DNA from: the human T2T-CHM13v2.0 reference genome, Homo sapiens
NCBI RefSeq assembly: GCF_009914755.1
Contig: NC_060947.1
Strand: one strand, 5' to 3'
DNA: 64,000 nt
The position numbers and the translations under genes are program-made. Under the pieces are notes generated by a model. The model was not told the origin of the DNA and did no database searches. It was given only the letters and a program-made list of their open reading frames with translations. This document shows, in pieces, positions 26,270-40,391 of this stretch (the stretch's first letter is position 1; every line of letters begins with the position of its first letter).

Positions 26270-26380
26270 GCTACACCTGGAGCCAGAAAACCTGGTTTAA
26301 AGTCCTAGCTCTTCTAATTATAAGCTGCATGACTTCAAATAAGTCACTCACCTTCTCTGGCACCCATTTTTTCATCCATA
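26270..26380 (+). mobile_element. MIR fragment
   Basis: ggagccagaaaacctggtttaaagtcctagctct...aagtcactcaccttctctg. Confidence 0.7.
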
Positions 26381-26679
26381 CACTTGGAACACAAATCTTT
26401 CTACATACAATCTATTATATATACATTATTTTAAAATGCAAAGATAAAAATGAAATATGTTCTAGTAAAGCCTACCTCCTCTAAGAAGCTTCTGCGTCCA
26501 CATTAGTCTTTTCAGGACCACTTTGGGTTTTTACTACTCATCTGCTGTCTGACACTGTCACCTAATGGTTCTCAAGTGTATTCCTATTGATTCAATCACT
26601 CAATTATACATTTTTGAAGAGCAGGAAATGACTTTTCCAAGTATTGTGTTGGGGGAGTGGGTGGGAAGAGGAATGGACT

Positions 26680-26895
26680 AATTTATTTAGCATCTGGTAC
26701 TTGCCAGGGGATTGAGGTACCTTATCTAATTTGGTTCTTTCAACAATCTGGAGAAATAGACATTATTTTATGGGTGAATAAACTGAAGTCCGGAGAGATT
26801 CAGCAGCCTCCCCAAAGTCACACAGCTAATATGTGGTGGAACCATAATTTGAATTCTAAACTCCAAACTGACTATGCCCTCTTTTCACTACTGCA
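26680..26895 (-). mobile_element. MIR SINE
   Basis: aaactgaagtccggagagatt...ccaaagtcacacagctaat. Confidence 0.7.
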
Positions 26896-27111
26896 TCCCA
26901 CACACTCTGATGCCAGGAAATTTTGGCTGCATTTGGATTTCTTGCCAAGGCTTTAATTACTGAGAGGAAATGACACTTTGATTAGTTCATGTTTTTATAG
27001 CTATAATGTCAAACAAACAGATTCTGCTTTTCTCAGAAATTTATGATGGTACTGGTTCATGTCCAACTCTCTGAAAATTGGTTATCTTGCTACCAAGAAG
27101 ACTTTTTAAAA

Positions 27112-27412
<301 letters not shown>

Positions 27413-27469
27413 TAATAAGACTATTTTTATTTCATTTGCTTTTTCATAAGGAAATCAGAAATGATGATG

Positions 27470-27610
27470 AATCATAAACTGTTGACACTCAAAAGGGCCT
27501 CAGAGACCATCTATCCCAAGCCCTTTTTATAGATGAGGACATTGAGGCTCAGAGTGGGCAATTGGTTGACCTGTTAAGATCACACAGTGGAAAGCGGCAG
27601 AGCCAATATT
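27470..27610 (-). mobile_element. MIR SINE
   Basis: ttttatagatgaggacattgaggctcagag. Confidence 0.75.
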
Positions 27611-28239
27611 GCCTCTTCTTCCCTCTCCGTCTGTCTGTCTTTCAGTCTACTCACTCCATTTTTCAAGCTAGCCCTTCATCCCTAAAGCAGCAGCCCTGAC
27701 GTCTCATGGATTTTCTCAGTTTTTGCATAGAGTTTGAAGGGCAGAGCCTCAAAGCATGCCTTTCTGGGTGAATGTCTAAAGAGGCTGAGAAAAGGAGTGA
27801 CAGGTAATCCAGGCAAATCCATGCTTCTGACATTTATTTGTTTTGTTTCCATATATATATATATATATAAAATTTTATGCCTCTAAGCAGTAACATTTAA
27901 GGAATATACAAACTCTTTGGAACCATGGTAACATTTACTTGTTTTAAGATTTCATCAATGAGTTTTTCTTCTCAAAACAGCCCTGAGAAATGGGCAGGCA
28001 CAGGTAGATTTGAAGGTTATTTTAAATGCAGCTCTCCTTCTTGGAATATGTGAACGACTCCCCTGATCAATTGCCTTGCTTTCAAGTTTATAAATGATGC
28101 TCAGGAAACGTCTTCATGGAAGACTGAACCAAGAGGACATCTAGGTGAAGAATGGATGATGCCAAAGGGCTCACTTACTGTTTCCATTTGTCTCGGGAGG
28201 TGAGCTTTTCCCTGACTGCTTTCAGCCCTTGAGTGACGA

Positions 28240-28430
28240 CCGATTAGTATTGGTTGAAGAGGCTTCCTTCCTTGGTTAGGACTTCCTATGGCTTTGCTGG
28301 GTCTATAACTAGGCAGTGTGTGTGGCCCGGGGGTGGGGGAGGGCGGGGCCGAGGACTTCTATAACATCGTGAACTGGCAAAATGCACACCACAGGTTTTC
28401 CAACACCATATCACGTCATAGGGTTAATTA
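28240..28430. promoter_or_regulatory. Candidate promoter/enhancer: GC box within a G-quadruplex motif, inverted CCAAT, CRE-like site
   Basis: GGGGGTGGGGGAGGGCGGGG at 28329-28348; ATTGG at 28249; TCACGTCA at 28411; non-repeat context. Motif evidence only. Confidence 0.35.
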
Positions 28431-29449
28431 TCCCACACATTATTGTTGAAATGGAAGGATTTCGTGTCTGGAGCCAAGGACAACATATCACCCACAGATC
28501 TGCTTGGAGCCACAGTTGCCCAATGTGTGGAGAGAAAAAACCAGTAATAGTGAAAAGAGCAAATAAAAAACACTTGCAAACCTGTTTCATTCAAAGAGCC
28601 TCATAACAGAGTATATAGCTTCTTTATGTCCTTTTTAATGTGTCTTAAGTTCTTCCAAAAGGAAGGGTCCAGTGCTTGAAACCTTGGTGGTGTGAACCCA
28701 ACTACCCACCAGTCATTGACTCAGCAAACAATTATCAAGTACCTCCCATATGCTATGATCTGTGCTTGGCAATGAGAGACTATAAAACAGGGGCCAGGGG
28801 ACAAACAGGACGGCAAATCTGAGACAATGAATAACCATTGGATAATGAATCTGAAACCTAGCTCATTGATTGTTATTTGTGACCTGCACCAACCTTGGAT
28901 AAACCCAGCAACCAAGTACTGCCTTCGGGCTTATAGGAAACTTGTATTCAAATCCATTCCAAAGAGCCTTACTCTGCCTTACTTAAATATGGACCAACAT
29001 CCAAGCATCAAGAACAGCAGCACAAACACGTTTTCTTGTTTTGTAAAGATATTTTTTCTGGGCTTATTGAAAATTATTTCAAAACTCCACTTAGCTTTTT
29101 CCCAGTAATGGATGTAGCAAGTAACCAGCGCCTAAAGCATCCAGTGGACGCAAGTCTATTGAATCATTTTCTGTGCAGAGACGCTGTTCCGTGCCCCCAC
29201 TATCGATCTGCTTCCATTTGCCTGAATATGCCCATTATGTAGCAGCGTACCCAGAAAGAGCTATTATAAGGGACAGAAGATTTTCTTTTCTCCTTTTTTT
29301 TCTTTTTCTTTTTAATGAATAAGCTTTGAAAGAGAAAATCAAGATGACTTCCGGTTCGACTTTTGTTTCTAGGTCTTGTTGAAGAAAGAACTTTGATTCA
29401 ACTGTCTGGAACATATTTCATTTCCTTGAAGATCTTAGAGGCTGGAAGC

Positions 29450-29790
29450 CATAAAAAGGGCACTGGATTAGGAGTCAGGAAGCTAGGGTTATAGCCCTGA
29501 CTCTGCCACTAGGTAGCTGTACAACTTAAAACTTGGCTTATCATTTCTGGACCTCAGTTTCTGCTTCTTTAGAATTAGGGAAGCAGTACAAAAGTTAAGT
29601 TAAGAGGCAGCGCTTCCACCTACCAGTTGTGTGGATTTGAGAAAGTCACTTAACCTCTCTGGGCCTCAGTTTCCTCACTTGAAAAATGGAGTGGAGATTG
29701 TGTTTTCAGAAGATTAAATAAGAAAATACATGTGGATGGTTAGTACAGTGACTGGCATAGAGTGATCAAGAAATACAAACAATTCTTAGT
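29450..29790 (+). mobile_element. Two adjacent or nested MIR SINEs
   Basis: ggattaggagtcaggaag...ctctgccact; aagtcacttaacctctctgggcctcagtttcctc. Confidence 0.82.
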
Positions 29791-31389
29791 GTTCTGGGTT
29801 AAAAGGAATTATGATGACCTCTTTTGATTCCAAGTTTCTGTGAACCTTTAAGGTCAGTAAACATTTTAGCATCATTTTAAGTCAAAATTTTTCTCCATTT
29901 TGATTAATATAACATTTATTAACTAGCCAGAGCATGTTAAACAGTTGCTACAGGTTGATTGACAAGAAAGGTCACCAGTAGTAACTTCTTTTCTTTATTT
30001 CATAGAATTGTTTCTGATAAAAATTCTTCTTTCTGAAACTCAAAGACTAAAGAAGCAAAGATTTGATACTTTATGTTTACAGAAGAAATATCAGAAGACA
30101 GAGACCACTGATTCTCACATAAGCTTGTGCTTTAGTCCATATGAATGAAAAGAGTAAAGGATTTATTGCATTTGTCAGAAATCTAAAGGTTTTTTCTGTA
30201 ATGTTTGCAAATGTAAGATTGTAGAAATATGCTTTGAACTTTGGTTATGTTTTACCAGGATTCAGTGACCAACGTGCAGTTTGGGAGACATTTATCTTCT
30301 TACATGTGTGAGACAAGAGATTGAGGCAAGCTTATGGAACTTCCTAGAAGAAAAATTATCAAAATCCTCAGCACAAACTCATTACTGTTTTCTTAAAATG
30401 CTTAGCCTCTGTGTATGTGTGTATGTACTGAATGCAGGGTAACAATTCCTACATATACCTTTAGTAGTCAATATGCATAGAATAGAAAATAGAGCTGTGA
30501 TAATTATTTTTTAATCCTGGTTAACTAATTAAAAGTGCTGTATGAGAATACAAGACAGGTAGTCCCAGTCTTCCTTTGCATGAGATTTTTATGTCTTTTC
30601 CTTGTCAACAAAGCTGAAGCCGAAATGGCCATGTGAGACTGTGTAAGAGCTTGACATGAAAAGATGGGGTCTGAGGCTGGTGCTAGGATATTTCATTTTG
30701 CCCACCTAGGTGGGTGTTATTGAATCTGTGTCTCCTGAAAGAGCAAGCTGTGTGATAATTGTCTTTTCATCTGTTGATGAAAAGTCGCTTGCTCATGTTA
30801 ATGTTCCCTGGGACAGAAAGGCCAGATCCAGTTTAGATACAACTGTTTCTCATCTTTCGTCCGACCTTGATAGCACTATCACATCATTTACCAGTGCACT
30901 CTGGCAAAACTGATTGCAGCAATCATCTTGTATGTCCATGTGTAGAGGTGTGAGGTGGGGTTGTCTCTTTTGACTGAATCTGTAAGTAACAGCATTGCTA
31001 AAAGCTTTGCCTCTTTATCCCATCTACATCTTCTATCATATACACTGAGTTAGTGACAGCACAGGAGGTAATTGTCAGCCTGCCTGGAAGATCCAATTTG
31101 TGCATTAAAATAATGCTGTCCTGATCTTGTAGCACCAGTTTGTTTATTCGTTTTTTTGTGAAGTATTTTTGCTCACCAGCCCATAAACCCACACTCATCA
31201 TATTGAGCTTATAATAGGGACAGGTCGTCCTCTAAACTCAAAGAAAAAAAATGAAACTCCTTGTAAACTGAAAAAAAAAAAAACCCACAAAACTCCAGAA
31301 AGGTAAACTAGTGGTAGGAGTGATGGGGAAGATGACATGGTATGAGATTAACTTATCAAGCTAATAGTGTACATATGCAATAAGTAGTA

Positions 31390-31880
31390 ACCTTATTGGA
31401 CGTAGGTCAGAACACATCTGGAGTATCATGTTCAAATATAGGTATTTTCGGAGTAATGGTGGGAAAATATACCAAGAAGGTGACCAGGATAAGAGATCTA
31501 GAAACCATGACATACAAGAAAGGGTTGAAGTAACTGTATGTTTTGCCTGGAGAAAAGATGACTAAGCTAATTCATGCTAATTCTTAACAAGTTTTAAAGT
31601 GGAAAAGGGAGTACATCTGTTTTGTATTGCTGCATAGGAAAAATCTAAAAGTAGATGGAAATTACAAAAAAAAAGCACATTTCAGATCAACAGGACAAAT
31701 AAACAAAACCTTATAAAAGTGAAAACTATCCAATAATAGAATGCATTTAATCAGGAAGTAGAGCCTGCTTCCTGGAGATATTCAAGCCGGCTGAGCCTCT
31801 GGTAGGGATGCTATAGAGAAGACATTTGTATCTTCTGATCAGGTAATCTCAAAGCTATCTTTTCAATACTCTAAATTATT
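31390..31880 (+). mobile_element. L3/CR1 LINE 3' region
   Basis: gtcagaacacatctggagtatcatgttcaa (VRTHLEYHVQ, like VRPHLEYCVQ); ctggagatattcaagc. Confidence 0.72.
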
Positions 31881-31929
31881 GTTTTCTATGTCCTGGTACA
31901 GAACTAGGAAAATACAATCATATCCCTCC

Positions 31930-32720
31930 ATTCATTTGTCCATCCAGGCATCCACTCATTCATTCATTCAACAAACATTTATTGAATGGCTACTATGTAC
32001 CAGGTACTGTGCTAAGCAAAGGGATATAAGACACAGGAATGGAGGCTGAGGTGGGAAGATTGCTTGAGGCCAGTAGTTCAAGACTAGCCTGAGCAATATA
32101 GCAAGACCCCATTTCACAAAAAATACAAAAATTAGCCAATCATGGTGGCTTGCATTTGTAGTCCAGCTATTCAAAAGGCTGAGGCAGGAGGATCACTTGG
32201 GCTCAGGAGTTTAAGGCTGTAGTGATATATGATTGTTCCACTGTACTCCAGCCTTGGTGACAGAGTGAGACCCTATCTCTAAATAAATTCATAAGTAAAA
32301 TCTTAAAATTATAAAAAAGATTCAGAAATGTAGAATACAGAAATGTAGACAGATACTTACAATATAGGGTGATGCATGCTAAAACAGATGTATGTACGAG
32401 TAACAGAAAGCATCACGGAGATGTTAGGGGAAATGAAATCCAAGAAGACCTGACAGGCAGGAAGTCATGTCTGAGTAGAATCTTAAAAGATGAATTGTAG
32501 TTTGCCAGAAAGATAAGGTGGAGAAGGTGGGAAGACCATTCTAAATGAGGGGAACAATATGTTCAAAGACATGGAAATGTGACACTGTCTAGCAAGTCTG
32601 TAAAATTTTAACCAACATGTTAAAGCATAGTCTATCAGGAAAAGGGGAGAGATAGAATGAGGTAAGAAGTGTGAAATTGGGCAGGGACATAAGGGGCCAC
32701 TCCAAGGAGCCTGAACCCTT
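31930..32720 (-). mobile_element. L2 3' end, interrupted by AluJ
   Basis: (cattc)n then aacaaacatttattgaatggctactatgtaccagg. Confidence 0.85.
32041..32318 (+). mobile_element. 5'-truncated AluJ
   Basis: J-like gattgcttgaggccag; TSD aagacacaggaatg/aagattcagaaatg. Confidence 0.93.
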
Positions 32721-33569
32721 ATGGAAGCCAGGAAGCTGGGCACTGATGTGTCTTCCTTTTATGTTTGCCCTTGGCTTTTCCTATACAATTCTTGCATCTA
32801 ACTTGGAAGCCATTGAGAGCAAAACAAAATTAAAATGTAGGTCAGTTATTTTCTGCTGCCATAAGTCATCTTAATTTCCAGAATCACATCCCCTGACTAC
32901 TCTGTTATCATTTTGATCCAAATGTAATGAAAAAATTAAACATAAAGGTTTTTTTCATTTACTGCAAATTGAACAAAATTATGCAAGTTTTCTAAACTAT
33001 TTCAAATGTTTGTGGACAGGAAATGAAATAATATATGTAGCTATTCCATCATGGAAACCCTGTCTCTCAGTTGATAAAATATGTTGTTTAAAAGTTAAAA
33101 ACAAATGGAACCATCTTAACAACAAAATACAGTCCTCCAAGATTTTAGTACTTTTTGTTCTGGTTTTTAAAGAAAGCTCTTATCTCTTTAGAGTAATACA
33201 ATTCAAATGAGCTTTGATTTTTCTAAGACCCCTATAATTGGCTCTATTAATTAGATGGTCAGCCAGATTTGGGGAGAACTCAGACTTACGAAGGTTTTTT
33301 TTTTAATAACTTGCCATGTTATTACTTTCAAGTGTTGCACTTGAGAATCCTGTAAGTGCTTTAAAAAAGTCACATATTCCTGTTTGAATGCAAATGCTGC
33401 TGTGACAACAGTTCTTGAAAACAATTGGTCTTTGTTGGGTTTTTAATATTCATCTTTATTAATTTTATTCTAAACACACATGAGGTGTTCTAGATCAGAG
33501 AGAGATTATTATTATCTTGTTAAAAAGCAAATAATGAATTTGCTTTCCCAAACCCTGATTCTCACCTCT

Positions 33570-34040
33570 GCAGTGACACAACGTAAGCCAAGTCAAATCT
33601 TCTACACATAGAAAGTCTGTATTACAGGTAAGGAACGGAGGCAAATAGATTTTTTTCTACTTTATATACAGGAGAAAAGGCACCTGTCTCCCCCTTTCTG
33701 CTCAAAAGGAAGGAATGAAACTTTTGCTCTTTGAAGAAAAAATGGAAAGGATCCTGGGTTCTTACTCTAAACTTGTTTAATATAAATGCATCTTTCCAAG
33801 ATATATCTCCAACTTCTATGACCTAGAAATGTCTTCAAGGTCCCTGACTTCATTTGTCCTTGAAATGTAAACATATACCTCCAGAGTCAGATAAATCTCC
33901 GTAGGGTTCTATCACCGACTATATACTTGTATATTACCTTACCAATGTTGGCTCTTAGCTCAAGATTCCAAGTTTCCTGCAAAATTTATTTAGGAAAACC
34001 TAAATAGAAAATACAAAAAAAAAATTCTCTTTATACCTCA
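33570..34040. mobile_element. Possible old ERV1-type LTR (MER90/MER110-like)
   Basis: gacctagaaatgtcttcaagg and ttgaaatgtaaacat resemble these LTRs; highly diverged. Confidence 0.35.
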
Positions 34041-36611
34041 GAGTCAGCCTACACTATCAATGAGGTTAACATTTCTTTGTGGTAAGGACGCATGTTTGCT
34101 TAGCAAATATTTTTCCCATGCACAATAAAAAAATTAACCTCAGCTCAGTGTGTTCTCATTATAATAAATGTTAGTATAATTCATTCAATGTATTCAACAA
34201 ATATTGATTTTGTGCCTACTGTGTGGCAGGCCTTGTTCTTATAAAGTATTTCACTACAAGTAGACTTCTCCCAGAGTCGGCATTTTACTGTTGCTTATAA
34301 ACCTTCCTCTTGAATTAGAATGACTCTTCTAAGATCAATTCGTGTTTTATTTGATATTTCAAAAGTCCTAAGTGACCATGGTAACAAAAAAAAAATGAAG
34401 TCTGAAAATTTTTGAGCAAGATTTGGAACATTGTTCTCTGGGGACTATTAAATTCAATCATTTTTTCTTTGTACTTTGCCGTTCTTCCTTATCACTTATA
34501 ATCCTAACTGCTAATCTTTGAGACATTCCCATAGCTTCCTTCACTAAACTCAAGCACATTAATTTGCATGCTAGACTAACTCAAATGACTTCTCAGCTTT
34601 AAGCCAAAGAAAGTTTTTCTTCAAAATGTTTCCAACTATCAAACAGTTTTGTTTGCCAAATTTTAAAGGCTTCTTTTACAACTAAGTCCATGGTAGCTTA
34701 AAAATATATGGGTTTTTCATAACCTGCTTCACCTTTAATAAAACAAAATCAGAGAATTTATATTGACAGTATCATAGGCAGTAAAAATCAAAGTGATCCT
34801 TTACTAATTTATATTTCTGGGTCATTTCTTAAGGTAATATTAGAAAAAATAGTATTTAATGAGCAAAAAATTAAAACACACCAAAAAGTTAGCTTAGTAC
34901 AGTTAAAGGAGTAAACATTCAATTCTAAGAACAGCAAATCATAATAAATTATTCCTCCTAAAGCATTAAATTTACTCAAAAGGGGTTGGGGAAATTAGAA
35001 ATTCATTAAAGTGTAGTTTTTATTACTTTCCAGTTAATAAAACACGTTAGAAATCTAATATAATTTTAAAAAATATTTTGGACATTTAATGAATCCACTT
35101 CTATCTTTCCATTGTGGTACAAAGCAAGTAAATAAGCTATGCCAGAAAATAATCAATAATAGAATGTTTGTTGTTATTTTTTTCCTTATCAATAAGTGAC
35201 CATGAGTTTGAGCCCAGGCAGAGCCAGGGTATCTACACCTGGCCAAGTGTTGAAGATAAGCCTCAACATGCACAGAGCCCTTTGGCAAAACTGAGAGACT
35301 TACTGATTCTAGGAATTTAAGGTAATCTCTAGCTCTGTAATTTCTAATCTCCAATCATTAGTTGGCCACTACACTAATCACACAGTGACTTCAGTGACCA
35401 CATGCAACAAAGAATGCAGACATTGCAGAATTCATTCAGAAATGTCACACACACTCACACGCACACACACACACACACAAAATCAAAAACAACAAACTGC
35501 AGCAACAAGAAATCCTATGGGGAAAATATTAGAGGAAATCTGATATCCAGACTTACCAGCTAATATTATGTAAAATGTCCAGTTTTTAACAAACAAACAA
35601 AAAGGCATTCAAAAAGACAAGAAAGCATGGCCCATACACAAGGAGGAAAAGGCCAATCAATAAAAATTGTCCCTGAGGGAGCCAATTCATTGGACTTACT
35701 AGACAAGGACTTTAAATCAGCTATTTAAAACATGTTTAAAAAACTAAATAAAAGCAGGTATAAAGAAATAAAGCATAACAATGATGTCTCACCAAATAGA
35801 AAATACCAGTAACAAAATAGGTACTATAGAAGATAACCAAATAGAAATTCCAGAGTTGAAAAGTACAATAACTGAAATGAAAAGTTCCCTAAAGGAGTCC
35901 ACCAGCAGATCTGAGCAGCCAAAAGAAAGAATCATACTAATATAGGCAAATAAGGTTATCCAATGTAAGGAACAGAAAGAAAGGGGAGTAAAGGAAAATG
36001 AATAAAGCCTCAGTTACCTGTGGGACACCATCAAGCATATTATTATATGGGACTTCCAGAAGGAGAGGAAAGAGAAAAGTCAAAAAGAGTATTTAAAGAA
36101 ATAAAGGCTGAAAATTCATATTTAAAGAAAAATAGTAATTTACACACCCAAGAAGCTTGATGAACTCAAAAGAGATTCGCATCTAGACACATGATGACCA
36201 AAATGTCAAAAAGATAAAGACAGAGAGAATCTTGAAAGCAATGAGGGAAATGGCTCATAATATAAAAGGATCCATAATATTAAGAGCTGATTTCTCATCA
36301 GAAGCCATGGAAGTGAGGAGACAGTGGGATGATACAGTGAAAGTTACAGAAGTGCTGGAAGAATTCTATATCCACAAAAACTAGCCTTCAAAACTGAAGT
36401 AGAAATTAAGACATTCTTAAGTAAATAAAAACTGACAGAATTTTATGGTAGCAAACCTTCCTTACAAGAAATACTGAAGGGATATCTTCAGGCTGAAATG
36501 AAAGGATAGTAACTTGAATCGACATGAGGAAGTAAAGAGCACTGGCGAAGGTAACTACATAGATAAATATAAAAGAGAGAATAAATAAATATATATATAT
36601 TATTATCATTA

Positions 36612-36760
36612 ATTTAGAGACAGGGTCTGTCAGTCCAGGCTGGAATGTAGTGGTGCAATCATAGCTCACTGCAGCCTCAAACTCCTGGGGTGAGGAGATC
36701 TCCCACCTCAGCCTCCTGAGTAGCTAGGACAACAGGAATATGCCACCATGCCCTGCCTAA
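36612..36760 (-). mobile_element. AluJ/FRAM-like monomer
   Basis: gagacagggtctg...gtggtgcaatcatagctcactgcagcctc. Confidence 0.9.
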
Positions 36761-37188
36761 ATATATTTTCGTCTGTAAATCTTTACTTCTCATATGTGAT
36801 TTTTAAAGGCAACTGCATAAAGCAACAATTATACATCTGTGTTGATGGGCACACAATGTATAAATATGTTATTTACATGATAATAATAGCACTAAAGAAT
36901 GGAGTTATAAAGGAGCAAATATTTTGCATACTATTGACACTGGTGTCAATCTGAACTAGATCGCTGTGAGTTAAGATGTTAATTGTAACTCCCGGATAGA
37001 CCATTAAGAAATTAATTTAAAAATGTATAATATCAAGAAAATTGAAACCAATAAATAAAATTATTTTTACTTGCAGATGACATGATCTTGTATATATAAA
37101 ATCCTAAGGAATTCACCAAAAAGCTATTAGGGCTAAATAAGTTCCACAAGATTGCAAGATACAAGATAAATATAAAAATTCAGTCGTA

Positions 37189-37518
37189 CAATCATGCATT
37201 GCTTGACAATGGGGATATGTTCTGAGAAATATGTCTTTAGGTGGTTTTGTCCTTGTGCAAACATCACAGAGTGTACTTACGTAGATGGTATAGCCTACTA
37301 CACATCTGGAATATATGGTATAATCTGCTGCTCCTAGGACAGCATGTTACTGCACTGAAGACTATAGGCAATTGTAACACAATGCTAAGAATTTGTGTAT
37401 TTAAACATATCTAACCATAGAAAAGATATATTAAAAATATGGTATTATAATCTCATGAAACCATCATCAAATATGCAGTCTGTTGTTGACTGAAACATTG
37501 TTATGCAGCACATGACTG
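37189..37518 (+). mobile_element. Tigger3a (Golem_A)-type DNA transposon
   Basis: TIRs caatcatgc / gcacatgactg; ggggatatgttctgagaaat; TA immediately 5'. Confidence 0.9.
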
Positions 37519-38111
37519 TGTTTTCATACGCCTGCAATAAACAATCTGAAAATGAAATTAAGAAAACAATTCCATTTGAAATAACATTAAAAATAATAAA
37601 ATATTTAGAGATATATTTAACAAAATAATTGCAAAACTTACAACCTGAAAACAACTAAAGATAGTTGACAGAAATTAGAGAATATCTAAATATAGGAAAA
37701 GGCATCCCATTTTCGTTGATTGGAAAAATTAATACTGTTAATATAACGCAACTCCCTAAATTGATCTACAGACTCAAAGCAATCCCCACCGGAAAGCTAA
37801 GTGGCTTCTTTGTAGAAATTGACAATCCAATCCTAAAATTCATGTGGAAATTCAAGGCACCCAGAAAGTCCAAAACAATCTTGAAAAAGAAGAACAAAGT
37901 TGGAGGACTCATACTTTCCCATTTCGAAACTTAAAGCAACAGTAATCAAGACAATGTGGTAACTGGAATATGGATAGGCATATAATATAGAGCAATGGAA
38001 TATAATTGAAAGTCTAGAATAAAACCATGTATCCACAGTCAACTGATTTTTTACAAGAGTGCCAAGACCTTTTAATGGGGAAAAAATGATCTTTCCGATG
38101 AATGGTGCTAA

Positions 38112-38468
<357 letters not shown>

Positions 38469-39890
38469 AATACTCTTAGCCTATATATAAAACTCCTCAG
38501 AAAAACACAGGGGTAAATTTTTGTGATTTTGGATTTGGCAACAGATTCTTAGAAATGACACCAAAAACACAAGCAGCAAAAGAAAAATGGATAAATTTGA
38601 CTCTATCAAAGCTAATAATTTTTGTATTAAAGGGCACTATTAAGAAAGTGTAAAATAAATCCAAAATTTGGTAGAAAATATTTGCAAATTATGTATATAT
38701 TAAAGGACTTGTACCTAGCATATAAAGAACCATTACAACTCAGTAAGAAAAAGACAACCCAATTAAAATTAGGCAAAGGTTCTGAATAGACATTTCTACA
38801 AAGAAGATATGAAACTGGCATATGAAAGGATGCTATGCATCATTAGTCATGAGAGAAAAGTAAATGAAAATAACAATAAGATACTGCTTCATGTGCACTA
38901 GAATAGGTATAATCAAAAAGTAAGATAATAAGCGTTGGAGAAATCGGAACCCTCATGCACTGCTGGTGGGTATGTAGAATGGAGCAGTCGCTATGGAAAA
39001 CAGTTTGCAGTGTTTCAAAAAGTTAAGCATAGAAAAATGAAAACACATCTCCACTCAGGAAAATTGTACTCAAATATTCATAGCAGCATTATTCATAATA
39101 GCCAAAAAGTGGCAACAGCTCAAATATCTATTAACTGATGAACAAGTCAACAAAATATAGTGTGTTTATACAATGGAATACTATTTGGTCATAAAAATGA
39201 ACAAATTATTGTTACATACTACACGTTGGATAAACCTTGTAAACATTATGCTAAGTGAAATAGACCAGATACAAAAGGCCATATACTATATTATTCCATA
39301 TATATAAAATATCCTGAGTAGGCAAACTGATAGAGACAGAAAGTACATAAGTAGTTCTCAGGGCCTGGAGTATGGGGATGGGGGAATTGAGACTGACAAA
39401 GAATACAGGGTTTCTTCTTAGGATTATCAAAATATTCTGGAATTAGATAATGGTGGTGGTTGCACAATCTTTTGAATATACTAAAACCACTGAATTGTAC
39501 CCTTTAAAAGAGGTGAATTTTATGGTATGTGAATTATATCTCAGTAAGAAAAAAGTAATGGGAGGGAGAATAAAGAGAATGAGGTTTTGGTGTGTTCTCA
39601 TTTGTTGGAGTCAAAAGTTTTAACAAAAAGTTAAACCATTAGCCCTTCCTATACCCTCCAGTATAAGAATATTTAAACTCTAGTAACATCACAGCATAAC
39701 TTCTATTTCTAAAAGGAACAATATTTTGAAAGTTGCACAACAAAAGTTACACAAACTGGCATAAAATAGGGTATATCAAATTTTGAGTTTACCACCTAGA
39801 TCACAAGTAAGATCAATAGCTTTGTATCAGAGATGCATGTGTAAGGTAAAAGTTCTAAGAGATCTACCTGAGCAAGTAAAAGTAACAAAT

Positions 39891-40001
39891 ACAGTGACCA
39901 ACTAACCTAGTTTGCCTGGGACTGAGGAGTTTCCTGGAAAGCAGAACTTTCAGTGTTAAACCTGTAAATATCTTGGGCAAACCAGGATAATAGGTCATCC
40001 T
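39891..40001. mobile_element. MER81-type hAT-Blackjack MITE
   Basis: gtgaccaac...tttgcctgggactgagg...actttcagtgttaaa...gggcaaaccagga...ggtcatcct. Confidence 0.85.
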
Positions 40002-40391
40002 AGATAACAGAATATGAACAATTGGGCTTACTGCCCTGAATCTAGATTATGCATGGACCAGTGTATGCCTGAATCTGTCCAAAAAGCCTCTGGGTGTCTT
40101 CAAAGCATCAGAGACAAGAAGGGTACATCCTTGGTTCACATTAGTCAATAACTCTCTTATATTACCCTACAAGAAGAATGACAAGGAGGGGGTCAATAAA
40201 TGTTTTTATAGGATGGATTATTACATTAAGTGATACCCCACCTCCTTGCAGTCATTTCATGCCTTCTAAATTAAAAAATGGCCAATGGTACAAATGAAAG
40301 GGCAAGTTTTTATGCACACAAATATGTACACTCTCCTTTTGAGGAAAAGCTTCATTCAAAATGAAAGCCAAAAAAAAAAAAATGAAATAAC

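Noticed and set aside
30840-31210. Faint resemblance to LINE RT motifs (VAPV/LFIRFF...TLII)
   Set aside because: Too weak, and the catalytic DD is missing; cannot be distinguished from chance by eye.
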